DNA of 64,000 nucleotides from Squalus acanthias (Eukaryota): assembly GCA_030390025.1 (NCBI GenBank), contig CM059425.1, positions 170,812,001 through 170,876,000 of the forward strand, given 5' to 3'. The position numbers were made by a program, and so were the translations under genes. How positions within the stretch are numbered: the first letter of the stretch is position 1; each line of letters starts with the position of its first letter. The notes below the pieces were generated by a model. It worked only from the letters and a program-made list of their open reading frames with translations. It did not search any database and was not told the DNA's origin. Shown piece after piece: positions 11,634-23,899 of this stretch.

Positions 11634-12280
11634 TATATATGGACACTGGCCAAACCAACTTTTGATAAGAAAAGGGTTAAAACCTCGATACTCAAAGAAC
11701 AACTTTACACAGACGTACTGCCAGAACAAAGGAACAGACTTAAGACGACATCATCTGTGTCCGAGAGGTTCCAGAGACCAAGGGCTGCGAGCTACTCGTT
11801 AAAACTATCGCCTAATGTTAAGTATTGATTACGCTGTAAGCTTAATAAATCTTGATCTATTGCTCGAACATACTGGCTGCTGCCTATTGGTGTCTTGTCC
11901 AAGAACTCAGAGATCATTAAGATCTTACACCTTTTTCCACTTTGGCGGAATTCCAGTGCAGCTTCAACAAGGCAGGAGTTCACCCACCACAGGTGCATTC
12001 CTGATTTCAGCCAACTTTCCACTGGTCTCTGCTAATGGAGGGTAGGGGATGAGATGGTGCTGTGTAGAGTGGCCATCAGCATCTGTGCTGGCCAACAAGT
12101 CAAAATGTTTTTTAGAATTTAAAAAAAAACTGTGATCAATTGCATAGCTTTCTGGCCCTTTAATTTTTAAATGTCCCCTCTGCCACCCATAGCAATATGT
12201 TGTATGAGTTATTCCTATCATTTTTGTGCAATTATAATATGACCACCCATATTTGGCATTCAAAAGAAAGAGCGGTAGTG

Positions 12281-12680
12281 AGAATGACTTGCATTTATAT
12301 AGCACCTTTCACAACCTCAGAATGTCCCAAAGCGCTTTACAACCAATGAAGTACTATTGAAGTGTAATCACTGTTGTAATGTAGGAAGCGCAACAGCCAA
12401 TTTGCACACAGCAAGGTCCCACAAACAGCAATGTGATAATGACCAGATAATCTGTTTTTGTTATGTCGGTTGAGGAATAAATATTGGCCAGGACACCGGG
12501 GAGAATTCCCCTGCTTTTCTTAAATATAGTACCATGGGATCTTTTACGTCTATCTAATTGGGCAGACGGGGCTTCAATTTACCATCTCATCCGAAAATGA
12601 CACCTCTGACAGTGCAGTACTCCCTCAGTACTGCACTGGAATGTCGGCCTAGATTTTGTACTGAAATCTCTGGAGTGGGG
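12281..12680 (-). mobile_element. DeuSINE (SacSINE1-like), 5'-truncated
   Basis: Homologous to 14349-14820; Deu-like core (cagtgcagtactccctcagtactgcactgg; ccatgggatcttttac) and L2-like tail. Confidence 0.8.
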
Positions 12681-13419
12681 CCAATGACACTTGCGGCAGA
12701 CAATGCCAGAAGTGCCAGGGGTGAGCAGGGAGTCACTGGGGCAGCTTCTGAAGAAGTTTCTGCTGGAGTTATGCCACAGATCCAGGAAGTCAGCATAACT
12801 TACATTTCTATTGCACTCATTACCTACAAAAAGACACTTCAGACCTTATTATCTCTGGCAATGGACAGTGGGGGAGGGAAGGACGTGGGCCAGAAGGGGG
12901 AAATATCTCAATCAAAGAGGAGACTGAGGTGACGAGGCAGAGATGCTGAAGGAGGGAGATACAGAGGACAGGAGCATGGTGGTTGGAACAGCATCTACTG
13001 CTGGTGGAGCAGAGGAAGTAGAGAATGAGAAGTAACTCAGGGGGAGAGAGGGTATTCACAACGAGATAGGGCTGGAGGAGATCAATACAACATGGAGAGC
13101 TGTGGCAATGCTGGATATCCATGGTAGTTGAGGTGGTGCAGATGACAATGTTGGTGTTGGTGTATTGGACATGCATAGTGCCCATGTGGACGATATGGTT
13201 AATTAAATGGGCAGCTCATGCACTTAGGTTAATTTCTCCACTTTTTAAAAGACTGCCATATAATTCTTCCAGGCTGCAAAAGTGCTTCAGAGGTGACATC
13301 TCTAGATCACTGTGAGTGCCCTCATCTGGTCTTGCCTGTGGCTGAACCTCCTCCATCTTTTCCATAGTTAGGCTTTTTTGCATTGCAATGTGTAGCAGAC
13401 ACAACAATTTTCTTGGAGA

Positions 13420-13624
13420 TATAAATAGAAAAATGCCGGTCAGACAACATCTGTGGAGAGAGGAAGGTAAGGTTAACATTTCAGATCGATGACCTTTCAT
13501 CAGAACCCCTGAAAGGTTGACACTGCCTTTCTCTCTCTCCACAGATGCTGCCTGGCCAGCTGAGTGTTATCAGCACTTTTTATTTTTATTTCAGATTTCC
13601 AGCATCTGTGGTAAGTTGCTTTTT
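13420..13624. mobile_element. Short inverted Penelope family-1 copy; hammerhead motif at 13471-13507 (-)
   Basis: 14-bp TSD aattttcttggaga on both sides; reverse complement reads ggtt ctgatga a aggtc atc gatct gaaa tgtt aacc. Confidence 0.8.
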
Positions 13625-13689
13625 AATTTTCTTGGAGACCCTGGCAGGGTTGTGCTGCAAGACACCCTCTGATCTGTCCAAGCATTTAA

Positions 13690-14170
13690 AATAACCATTG
13701 TTTGCGCTATTATCCCCCATATGCATGGGCCTTAAGGTATCTGTGTTCACCTTCTGTCTGTAGTTTTTGCAAGAATGTCATTAGCCAGCTGAGTGAGACT
13801 AGAGTCCAGACTAGAGTCGTCGTTGTCTTGTTCACAGATGTGATTTCCAGTTTTTTTTTAAAAAGTAAAAAGCTTAACTGCAGACTGCAGCATTTGACAC
13901 GTTGGACCCCCTGTGACCCCACCTCATTGTCTTAGCTGTATTCTGCTGTGTCTCTGATGTAATGCCTCCCTGATGGATTGTATCTCTGCAGACACATTGT
14001 TCTCTGTCTATATATGCTTTGTAACTGATTCGTATTCCCTCACTTTACCTGACGAAGGAGCAGCGCTCCGAAAGCTCGTAATTTCAAATAAAACTGTTGG
14101 ACTATAACCTGGTGTTGTGCGACTTCTCATTTTTGTCCACCCCAGTCCAACACCGGCATCTCCGCATCAT
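13690..14170 (+). mobile_element. Penelope-type family-2 terminal repeat
   Basis: 3' about 125 bp is near-identical to 36528-36654 and 21794-21885 and contains a hammerhead motif; the 5' boundary is approximate. Confidence 0.65.
14045..14081 (+). ncRNA. Minimal type I hammerhead ribozyme motif (family 2)
   Basis: TTAC CTGACGA A GGAGC AGC GCTCC GAAA GCTC GTAA; stem I TTAC/GTAA, stem II GGAGC/GCTCC, predicted cleavage triplet CUC. Confidence 0.82.
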
Positions 14171-14348
14171 TAGCCAGGGCAGCTATTTTCTCCTGGGAGC
14201 CATTCTTCAAGCCTTTCTCCTTCAAATAGCACGGAGAATTGTCTTAAAATAAAAGAATTGTGACTGCTGCCTGGACATAGGCAAGAAGTTGCATTTTCTG
14301 TGTTGTTGGTCACAGCCCATCTGGGCAAAGATGCAGTGGCCTATGAAT

Positions 14349-14820
14349 GAAAGAAGAAAGACTTGCATTTATATAGCGCCTTTCACGACCACCGGACGTC
14401 TCAAAGCGCTTTACAACCAATGAAGTACTTTTGGAATGTAGTCACTGCTTTAATGTGGGAAACACGGCAGCATATTTGTGAACAGCAAGCTCCCACAAAC
14501 AGCAATGTGATAATGACCAGATAATCTGTTTTTGTTATGTTGATTGAGGGATGAATATTGGCCAGGACACCAGGGATAACTCCCCTGCTCTTCTTTGAAA
14601 TAGTGCCATGGAATCTTTTACATCCACCTGAAAGGGCAGACGGGGCCTCGGTTTAACGTCTCATCTGAAAGATAGCACCTCCAACAGTGCAGCACTCCCT
14701 CAGCACTGCACTGGAGTGTCAGCCTAGCTTTATGTGCTTAAGTCCCTGGAGTGGGACTATGAACCCGCAACCTTCTGACTCAGAGGTGAGTGTGCTACCA
14801 ACTGAGCCACAGCTGACACT
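14349..14820 (-). mobile_element. Full-length tRNA-derived DeuSINE (SacSINE1-like)
   Basis: Minus-strand head tgtcagctgtggctcagttggtagcac (A box)...gggttcatagtccc (B-box-like), Deu-like core and ggcgctatataaatgcaagtctttct tail. Confidence 0.85.
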
Positions 14821-14919
14821 ACAGCACTATGTCTAGAGGCTTGAATGGCTACATGGGTTCCATCAATATCCCCTGCAGTAGCTTGCAAGGAGCCGGAGGT
14901 ATAAAGTAATGGTGGTGAC

Positions 14920-15070
14920 CAATGTTCCCTGTAATTTTTTTAGGGCCGCGCGGCCCCTTTAACAGGCTGCGCAGCCCATTCAAAATTCCGTGCATGCGCG
15001 TTTTTTTCGATTTAAAAGCCTGCTCACCGGCTGTGCGGGAGCTCAAGAGTGCAGCTTAAAGGGAACGTTG
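14920..15070. mobile_element. hAT-type MITE
   Basis: TIRs caatgttccct / agggaacgttg; 8-bp TSD (g/a)tggtgac, the length typical of hAT elements. Confidence 0.8.
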
Positions 15071-16352
15071 ATGGTGACCCTATCACTGCCAGTGCCATCC
15101 CAGTGGTGGCGGCTGTCTACAGGTTAAATTTCAGCACTTGGCACTCCAGCACTGCCCATCTGCTGAAATCTACCTTGCGAACACCGTTCTCTTCAGACAT
15201 TCCCAGGTAGCTTTGCCTTGGTGTGCAAACACGGCTGCATGTGTGAGGGCAGCCTGCCTCTGGTGCACACGAATGTCTCTTACATCTCTTCTTTCATTCT
15301 TTTCTTTCACCTTAAAAAAATCTTAAGCTAGAGAGGAACACTAAGGGCAAAAGCAATTCCGTTAATTTTTGTTGCAGCAATCAAAATGACCTCAGTTCAC
15401 CTTTAAGGAACCACTTCCTCGAAGGACAGAATGTTTGACCTTTTACATTATATGTGGGTGGATTATGCACACTGCAATTCCATCAGAATCTAATTTGCAT
15501 AAGATTAGCTATTAAAGTGAGGCTCTCATACATTTACTCTATGAAAGACTTCAGTCCTGTGAAATCAATCCCCACCCAATTTGCCAGTTCCTCTCATTTT
15601 GCAACCATAAATTCTACCCCTAAATGAACATGCAATTAGATTGTATTAGAAGGATTTCCTGTGTCAAGTCTGTTTGGGCTTTCTGTCTGCTGTTTGTGTT
15701 TGTGCCATGTCGTAGTATGCCATGCACAATCAGCATTCAGTGGGTTCTTTCCTACCAGGATTACACCAGATAAGTGTATATGAATACTTAGAATGTAGTG
15801 TCACAAAATTAATTATAGGTAATTACGGTACATTTTATGGCATGTATGCTCGAGGCAGGTACTTGGCCAAGAAGGCTGTCCTGTTGCTTTACCTTAGCAC
15901 CTCATCCATCACGAACTCCACCTATTTCCATCTCAACAACAATGCATGTCTTCACCCCGTCTCAATCCCTTTGCTGGTGAAACTGTTATCTATGCTCTTG
16001 TCACCTTTAGACTCCATGGTCTGGATTTCATCCCACTACACCACCAGAAAGCTGTGGGAAATGAAGGGAAATGGGAAGGGAGGTCTATTGCTTTATTCGT
16101 GCCCTTACCACCACCACCACAGTAGATTTTCCTCCCCCTCTTCCTATTGATCATCCTGCTGCATGTAATAACATTGGGGAGGCAGGGCCTGGGAACCTGC
16201 CCAATTTCCTTGTCTTCTGCCACAATTGCCACTGACTCCAGGGACAGCCATGAGAGGGGTGGCAGTAGGCCTGGGGAAGCAACGGAAGGCCCACTGTTTC
16301 ATTGGATGGAGGGAGAGCCCACCTTTGCCTCCACAAATGGCAGAAACACTTA

Positions 16353-17103
16353 GGGCTGGATTTTCTCAGCCCCGAGGAGGCGGGTATGGAGGCAGGACTG
16401 CCGGGAAAGTTGCAGAATTTGGGGGCGGGTGGCAAACTCACCCCCAACCCGCCTCCGTGCCCTCTTGCCAGGAGGTGGGAAGCCGCCCTGCCCCGGGTCC
16501 CATCTCCTTGGAGGCGGGAAGGGATTAACAGGTAGTTAACAGGCAGAAAATAGGATTATCCCCATTTTTCTTCCTGAAGTGCGGGTTTCACAACCTGGGG
16601 GAACCCCGCCAGGGTGTAGGAGGTGAGTAGGAGGTCTGCGGGGGTGGGAGGGGTCTGAAAGTGCGATGTAGAGGTGAGTGATGGGTGCAAGTGTGGAGTG
16701 GTAAGTATGTGAGGTGAATGTAAAGTGATAGAAAATGTTAACTTACCTTTGTATCTACCTACAACCTTCAGCCGATGTGGAGCCGTAGTCTCCATTGTAG
16801 AGATCACAGACTGGCTGTTGCATCCTCCGATCCAACAGCCAGCTGATTTCTGCAAAGTGGAAAGGTTTGATGAGTCCTGAACACTAGGACCCATCAAACT
16901 ACACAGAATGTCAGTGTTTGACAGCTTCACAGAGCTCTGTCGCTGACTTCCCCCTAATTGGCCTGCTGAGCCCGCCGGGCAGACTTAACAAGGTCAATCA
17001 GGGGAAATTCCCGCTGGTTGGCCAGAAGCTGATGGAGGTGGGACTGAGACCCAGCAAGCAGCAGTCCCGCCTCCAAAAGCTTCCCATTCAGAAAATCCAG
17101 CCC
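16353..17103. mobile_element. Harbinger-type MITE, family M2
   Basis: Perfect TIRs gggctggattttct / agaaaatccagccc; canonical TTA TSD; internal homology to 26994-27819. Confidence 0.88.
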
Positions 17104-17429
17104 TTACTATTTGAAGGTCCAGCCAACTTTAAAATTCTCTGAAGTCTTTGGGGCCCTTTTTAAGTGGTCCTCCTCCTCCTCTTCATGATGCTGCAGCAAG
17201 TTCCCTACTGTTACACCACTATGTTTTCCCGTCAGCAGTAGTAGACATCCCCAGTGTCATAAGTATCCATACTGCATATTTAATCAGCCCCAATCCAGGA
17301 AAATGGGTCAGGTGCAAAGCATGGTTCGGCAGCAGGAAGAAATACTGCCCCACTCTCTTCTGATAGCAAACCCACCTCGGAAGAAAATCCAGGCCAATTA
17401 CTCCAATGTCCTACCATTGTCCATAAGCA

Positions 17430-17877
17430 GCCACCTGTATCCTGTCCCATTATTCCTATCCCCGCTGACCTACACCAGCTCCTGTCCCCAAATAAATTAA
17501 AATTCTTTGCCCTCATAGTTAAACCCCTTCACAGCCTTGACCTCACATATCTCTGCAACCTCTTCCTGCCTCTATTCCCCCACTCACACCCTTTCGTTTC
17601 CTATTCTGGCACTTTGTGCATCCTTCCCACACCCCACCATTGGTGACAGATCCACCCGCCACCTTGGCCCTGCTTTTTAGAACCTCCCTCCCTAAACCCA
17701 TTTACTCTTCCTTTCTACCTCTTTAAAAACCCTGTCAGAATTCATCTATTCAACCAAGTATTTGATCACCCCTCCTAATCTCTTCATCCTTGGCTCAGAG
17801 TCCATTTTCCTGTCTATTTCCATTTGTGAACCACTTTGAAATATTACGTCAACGGTGTTATATAAATGCAAGTTATT
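17430..17877 (+). mobile_element. L2-type LINE 3' fragment (degraded)
   Basis: ccccaccattggtg...ctccctccctaaaccc...tatataaatgcaagtt tail, similar to 18935-19248. Confidence 0.7.
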
Positions 17878-18609
17878 GGCCCAGAAATTGATCTCGCTCT
17901 GTTCCCGCGGGGGTAAGCCTTCCCCGCGATGTCTCACCTCGCTTGTGCTTTTTCAGATCCAGCTCGCACGAACTTGATGTTCCAGACATCAGCTGTGCTG
18001 GGCTTGCGTATCCCAGCGGCGTAGTGAATTTGTGCGAGCTGTGGGATCACGTGACTCAGTTAGAGCCAATGGCAGCACACCATCTTCCATTCATAAGTTT
18101 CACAGACCTGCTGTGAAATCTATGAATCTTACACCCCCCCAAAATAACAGCTAAACCTCAATTAAATAAAAAAAAAACCATCACATTAATAAAATAAGTA
18201 TAGTTAATTAAATTAACCATTTTAAATAAAAAATTAAATTTTTGAAAAAATTTAAAATCTTTTAAAAAGTTATAAAAATAAACTTACCTGTCTTTAAAGT
18301 CTCTAAAAAAGATATACCTGTAAAAAAAAATACTTAATTCACTACTTACCTTCTTAAAAGCGGGTCTTACTCCTCCTTTTTACATTTCCAAAATCTTCCC
18401 TACTTACCTGCGCGTCCAAAGCATGAAGTGCACAGCGTGCGCGCAGCCTGTAGCGCGCACGCGATGCACCCAGGACCCGCCCCCTTTTCAGCAGAGCAAT
18501 TGCCGGTTTTCAGCGCATGCGCAGGGCATGCAGAAAACCGGCAATTGGAGTGGGAATACGCGAGAGTACGCAGTGCGTACTCTCGCGTCCCGGGATCCAT
18601 TTTCGGCCC
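17878..18609 (+). mobile_element. Harbinger-type MITE, family M1 copy 3 (more diverged subfamily)
   Basis: Colinear with 4389-5133; ends ggcccagaaattg / cattttcggccc; TSD att. Confidence 0.88.
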
Positions 18610-18934
18610 ATTGTTTTTGTCAAATATCTTTCTTCCTGATTTCTACTCAAGTCTGCTGCAGCCATTGTTGGCTCGCTGAAACTTGCTGCCATGCTGCTAA
18701 ACCAGCCACTTTTAAGGAGGATGCCCTTCTGTGCCATCCAGGACAGCGCTTGTTCATCACACTTCCTGGATTCGTAGCTTCAGTGCTGCATTATCAAAGC
18801 AAATGACTCTTGCTGAGGCACCTTTCATTTAACAGAAATATTAAAGCATCAAACTTGGCCTGCTCTCTCCTGCAGAAATGCAAGTGTTTGAATGGCCGTT
18901 GATACATTTAAATGCTGCTCAGTCAGCTAATTGG

Positions 18935-19248
18935 TCCTGAACCCTCCAAGATCTCTGTGCTCTTCCAATTTCGGCCATTTGTGCATTCCCAACTCCCTTT
19001 ACCCCACCATTGGTGGCCGTGCCTTAAACTGCCTAGACCATAAGCTCTGGAATTCCCTTCATAAACCTTTCTGCCTCTCTACCTCTCTCTCCTCCTTTAA
19101 GACGCTCCGAAAACCTACCCCTTTGACTGTCCTGATATCTCCTTACATGGCAGAGTGTCAAATTTTGTTTGATAATACTCCTGTGAAGCGCCTTGGGATG
19201 TTTTACTATGTTAAAGGCGCTATATAAATACAAGTTGTTGTTATTGTT
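18935..19248 (+). mobile_element. L2-type LINE 3' end
   Basis: TIGGRA....KLWNSL C-terminal motif; ctcctgtgaagcgccttgggatgttttactatgttaaaggcgctatataaatacaagttgttgtt tail. Confidence 0.78.
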
Positions 19249-19479
19249 GATGCTTCGTAGGCCAGCTGCTGTGCAGGATGAAGCTTGCATGATATGTACA
19301 TGCTACTCAAATTAGCAATATCAGGGGTGAACAGGTAAGTGAGAATTCTCCCAAAAGTCTTCAGAAACCCAACATTAACCCCCCAAAAAGCAATAGTAAT
19401 TTCCAGGCTGTAGTTATTTGGCTGTTAGTACTTTCCTGTATTTATTTTCATTTAATTATGATTTAGTTTGGTGTAGATA

Positions 19480-20545
19480 ATACAGAGAGTAGGGGTTAAG
19501 GGTAGGGGTTCAGACTGCCAAAAGGTGAGAAAAGGTGTTCCACAAGGGTAAATGCTGGGAACACTGTTGTTCACCATTTACATCAATGATTTGGACTCGG
19601 GAATCAGAAGTACAATTTCAAAATTTGCGGACTACACCAAATTGGGAGGTACAATCAATACTGAGGAAGGCTGCCACAAATTATAAGAAGACATTAATAA
19701 ACTTGCAGAATGAGCGTGTAATTGGAAAATTAATTTCAATATAGATAAATGTGAGGTAGTGCATTTTGGTAGGAATAGGGAGGCCACATACTCATTGGAT
19801 AATAAGAGACTAAATGGGGTAGAGGAGCAAAGGGATTTAGGGGTGCAGATACACAAATCACTAAAAATAGTGACACAGGTTAATAAGGCCATAAAAAAAG
19901 CAAACAAAGCACTGGGGTTCATTTCTAGAGGGATAGAATTGAAAAGCATAGATGTTATGTTAAACCTATATAGCACCTTGGTTTGACCACACTTAGAATA
20001 CTGTGCACAGTTCTGGTCTCCATAGTACAAAAAGGATATAGAGGCACTGGAGAAGGTGCAATAAATATTTACAAGGATGATACTAGAACTGAGAGGTTTT
20101 ACCTATCAGGAAAGACTGAACAGGCTGAGAAAAGAGAAGGCTGAGGGGTGACCTGATAAAGGTCATGAAGATTATGAAAGTGTTTGATAGGGTAAGATGT
20201 AGGGGAAAAAATTTCCACTTGTGGGGGAGTACGAAACTAGGGGCCATAAATATAAGATAGTCACTAATATATCCAATCAGGAGTTCAGGAGGAACTTCTT
20301 TTCCCAGAGAGTGGTTAGAATGTGAAATTCACTACCACAAGGAGTAGTTGAGGTAAATAACATAGATACATTTAAGGGAAAACTAGATAAACACATGAGG
20401 GAGAAAGGAATAGAAGGTTATGCTGATGAAGAATGTGAGATGAAGAAGGGTGGGAGCAGGCACGTGTGGAGCATAAACACTGGCATGGACTAGTTGGGCT
20501 GAATGGCCAGTTTCTGTGCTGTAAATTCTACGTAATTCTATATAA
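19480..20545 (+). mobile_element. CR1 LINE 3' part (RT C-terminus and 3' UTR)
   Basis: ORF 19759..19986 (MHFGRNRE...VEEQRDLGVQIH...ANKALGFISRGIE); PHLEYCAQFWSP motif; CR1 tail. Confidence 0.9.
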
Positions 20546-21793
20546 TAATAAATTGCCTCTGTAATAACTTCTCTATTGTTTGCTGCTTCTATACAGTAGG
20601 AAATTACAGGCTTTCGTTGATAGAGTTCCTTTGTGTCAAAAGAAGTAGACAAAACATCTGAAGAAGGCTAAAATATCTTCCATTAGAGTTCACAGAGATT
20701 AGAGTCTAATCTATTCCCTCTCTAATAGAATTTTTCAACATTTGTTATAGAGAAACAGTGTATGAGTTATTTCTGAAGGCAGAGAAAACTATGGGCCTTT
20801 CCGGGGAGGCAGCAAGGGAGCAGGGGTTACTTTTAGCGGTCAGGAAACCCGGAAATACAGGGAACGCAGAGGTCCTGCTGAATTTAACAGCAGGATCTCA
20901 TTTGAATTTTTATTCTCCATTTCCCACCTGGCAACTGGCCAGATAGGGAGGCTAACCAGCTGTCGGGCGGGAAGGCCTACGGTAGAAGGCCACAACCGGG
21001 GATTGGATAGGAGAGAGGGAGGAAGTGATCACAGGGGTGGGGGTGAGGGACGGAGGCAGAGAACGCCGTGGGAGGACATCACGGGGGAAAGAGAACTTGG
21101 AGGGGGGAGATTGCTGGGGGAGAGATCACAGGTCGATGTCGGATCACAAGGGGGTTGAAGATTGGATCACCGATCGCGGAGAGCAAGACATTGGATTGCC
21201 GAGGGGGTCAGACAATCGCGGGGAAGGAGTCCAATCGCGGCAGGTAAGCTTGGGGTCCTGGGGGAAGCACTTACCTACTGGATCGGCAGTTCTTGCCCCC
21301 CTCCTTTAGCTGCTCGGGAAACCTAGCCCGCAGACTTTTTATCCACATGGCTGATAAACTCTGATGCGCACAGCTTAATTTAAATATAATTCCTGACCCG
21401 CCTCTCGAGAGCAGGTTACTCGCCCAACCCCCAACCCATCCCGGTTAAACCAGAAGTAAGCACGTTCGTGGTGGGTTGGGGTCGGGTTTCCCCTTTTTAA
21501 GAATTTAAGCTATTACTACGTGGAAACCCCAAAAGGAGCGGAAAAGGAAATGGATGCATTAACCTTAGAGTGATTCTTTGTATCTCCACAGAAGGACCAA
21601 GAGGTCAAGCACTACAAAAAGACACAGAGGATGAGCTACCTGCACCCTCTCCATCAGGCACCATCACAGGAAATTCCCCCACTCAATCACTCGCCCCATC
21701 ACTAGTACTCACCAGCACAGAGAGAGACACGCGGGGTGAATTAAATATTATTGAGGAGGAATTGTCATTGGGTGAGTCACAGAACACTAGTGT

Positions 21794-21888
21794 TCACCTG
21801 ACGAAGGAGCAGCCGCTCCGAAAGCTTGTGATTTCAAATAAAACTGTTGGACTATAACCTGGTGTTGTGCGACTTCTCACTTTTTTCA
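21794..21888 (+). mobile_element. Short Penelope family-2 copy beginning at its hammerhead (21794-21831)
   Basis: TCAC CTGACGA A GGAGC AGCC GCTCC GAAA GCTT GTGA, followed by the family-2 tail. Confidence 0.82.
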
Positions 21889-22339
21889 CTAAAGGACGGG
21901 TTGGATGTTTAAAACAATCCAGCTGCTTTGATCATTTTACCTAATGCTAGCCCATAATTTACAAGACATATTGAATTCAGTTTTACAACTTAAACATAAG
22001 AAAGCACAGAACAACAAACCCTCTCTCAGTCCATCAATCTCATCCCTCCATAAACACTCTGTCTTGGACTTCACCCAACCTACCTAAAGACAAGTGTTAC
22101 AAATTTCATTGGTCTATAGTAAACATTCTCTCAAATTCAGCATTATCAGTTAATCCAGTACACAGACCTCACATTCCCTGTGATCTGGAGGGTACTTTTA
22201 CTGCCTATTATCTAGTTAAATGATAGTGTGACCCAAGGATTATAACAATAAACCCCTTGTGTGTACTGGATACTATGATCTCACACAGGCTACCACTTAC
22301 ATTTTCCTGTCCCTTTGGAAGATTTACTGAAAAGTACAC

Positions 22340-22775
22340 GGGGCAGCACGGTGGCATAGTGGTTAGCACTGGTGCCTCACAGCGCCAGAGACCCGGGTTC
22401 GAATCTGACCTCGGGTGACTGTCTGTGTGGAGTTTGCACATTCTCCCCGTGTCTGCGTGGGTTTCCTCCGGGTGCTCCGGTTTCCTCCCACAGTCCAAAA
22501 ATGTGCGGGTTAGGTTGATTTGGCTATGATAAATTGACCCTTAGTGTTAGGGGGGGATTAAATATGTGGGGTTATGGGGATAGGATGGGATATGTTAGGG
22601 GGAATTAAATACGTGGGGTTACGGGGGTAGGGTGGGATATGTGTACTGTGGGGATTAAAGCAGGGACAGGGTACTGGATTTGGATGATCAGCCATGATCG
22701 TATTGAATGGTGGAGCAGGCTCGACGGGCCGAATGGCCTACTCCTGCTCCTAGATTCTATGTTTCTATGTTTCTA
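22340..22775 (+). mobile_element. HE1-type V-SINE
   Basis: tRNA-like head (ggtggcatagtggttagc A box; gggttcgaatc B box), V-domain gtggagtttgcacattctccccgtgtctgcgtgggtttcctccgggtgctccggtttcctccc, CR1-like tail. Confidence 0.92.
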
Positions 22776-23899
22776 CACTGGGGACCCGAAGCCTGTTGAA
22801 AACCATAAATTGACTAATTTGATATGAATGAACAAAATACAATTTTCCAGTGAGATACATCCATTCCCTACTGCTCCTCACGCAACTTTTCCACTTTCTA
22901 GACAGAGCTCAATTACAAACGAGCAGTCCTTGGACAAACATGACTCCTGACTTCCTCTGTCACAGCCAGTTATCTTCATATCTCAGTCTTCAGTATCTCT
23001 CTGACAGACGACAATGTAATCTGTGTGTTTCTCACTGTCCCACCGGGAGAGAGAGAAAACAAAGAATGACCTCTGAACTCTCCCTCAGCTCTATGTGTCA
23101 AGGATTGGCTCACTGAGCTGCCAATCAATGTTACCACTTTGAATGAAATGCCACATCCCTTGATTCAGAAGCTCATGGCACTTCCACTTAGGTCCATCAT
23201 GCTCCACCTCCAATACCTCATCCTCTAGCACCCTTGTGATTTATGAATCAGCCTTTGTCAGTTCCTCATCTAGACTAGCTGTATTATCCAAGTTAACCAA
23301 TCAGGGCTGGTCAGTGTAAGTGATAGGGTTCATGACAGAGTGGGACAATTTCTGCTGGTAGTCTTAGAGGTTGAAAGTTGTGGAATTGGTTCCTTCTCTC
23401 TCGCTCTGTGCAGCATTTTTCATGTGAAGAGAAGAAGAATGAGAAATGTAATGAGTTTCCAGCTGTCCACTTTTCCCTTCCTGTTAGGCTCATGCACGGT
23501 TCTCCTCACAATATAAGCCTCAAGAAAGAGAAACCATTACTGATATTTAACCCTTAGCACTTGGCCAGCACAAACCACCCATGGGTGCTGGCTCTCCCAT
23601 GTCTCCATCCCTTACAGCAGTAGTGAGTGAGTTCCCAGGACTTGCATTGCCTCCTCCTCCTGCTGTCTCTCTTCCTGTAGCCTGTCCTTCTCAGGAATTG
23701 TACACATTCTTTCCTGCATGACAAAATAACACTTGTTATTGTCAGTCACAGACTGTTTAATTTGACAACTATTTGAGAATTCTCATCATTTCTCTTACAG
23801 AATTCCCACAGAAATAATGAGGCTTCAACGGACATACACGTATTGCAGGATGTCATCTCAATTTAATTGAAGTCTCCCATGTGTAGGTGTCACTACAGT

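Larger units (their letters stand above)
9964..11929 (+). mobile_element. Solo LTR carrying two nested insertions
   Basis: TGTA...TACA ends; 4-bp TSD cctt (9960-9963, 11930-11933); AATAAA near 11845; no coding capacity. Confidence 0.78.

Noticed and set aside
22340..22412. tRNA gene-like sequence (also at 55731 and 14745-14820)
   Set aside because: A and B boxes are present, but they are SINE heads followed directly by V or Deu domains and do not form a complete cloverleaf.
23612..23715. Minus-strand exon-like segment (ERMCTIPEKDRLQEERQQEEEAMQVLG) with acceptor and donor
   Set aside because: Cannot be assigned to a host gene; resembles the second exon of Harbinger Myb-like genes, as does 21589-21790, so it is more likely TE debris.
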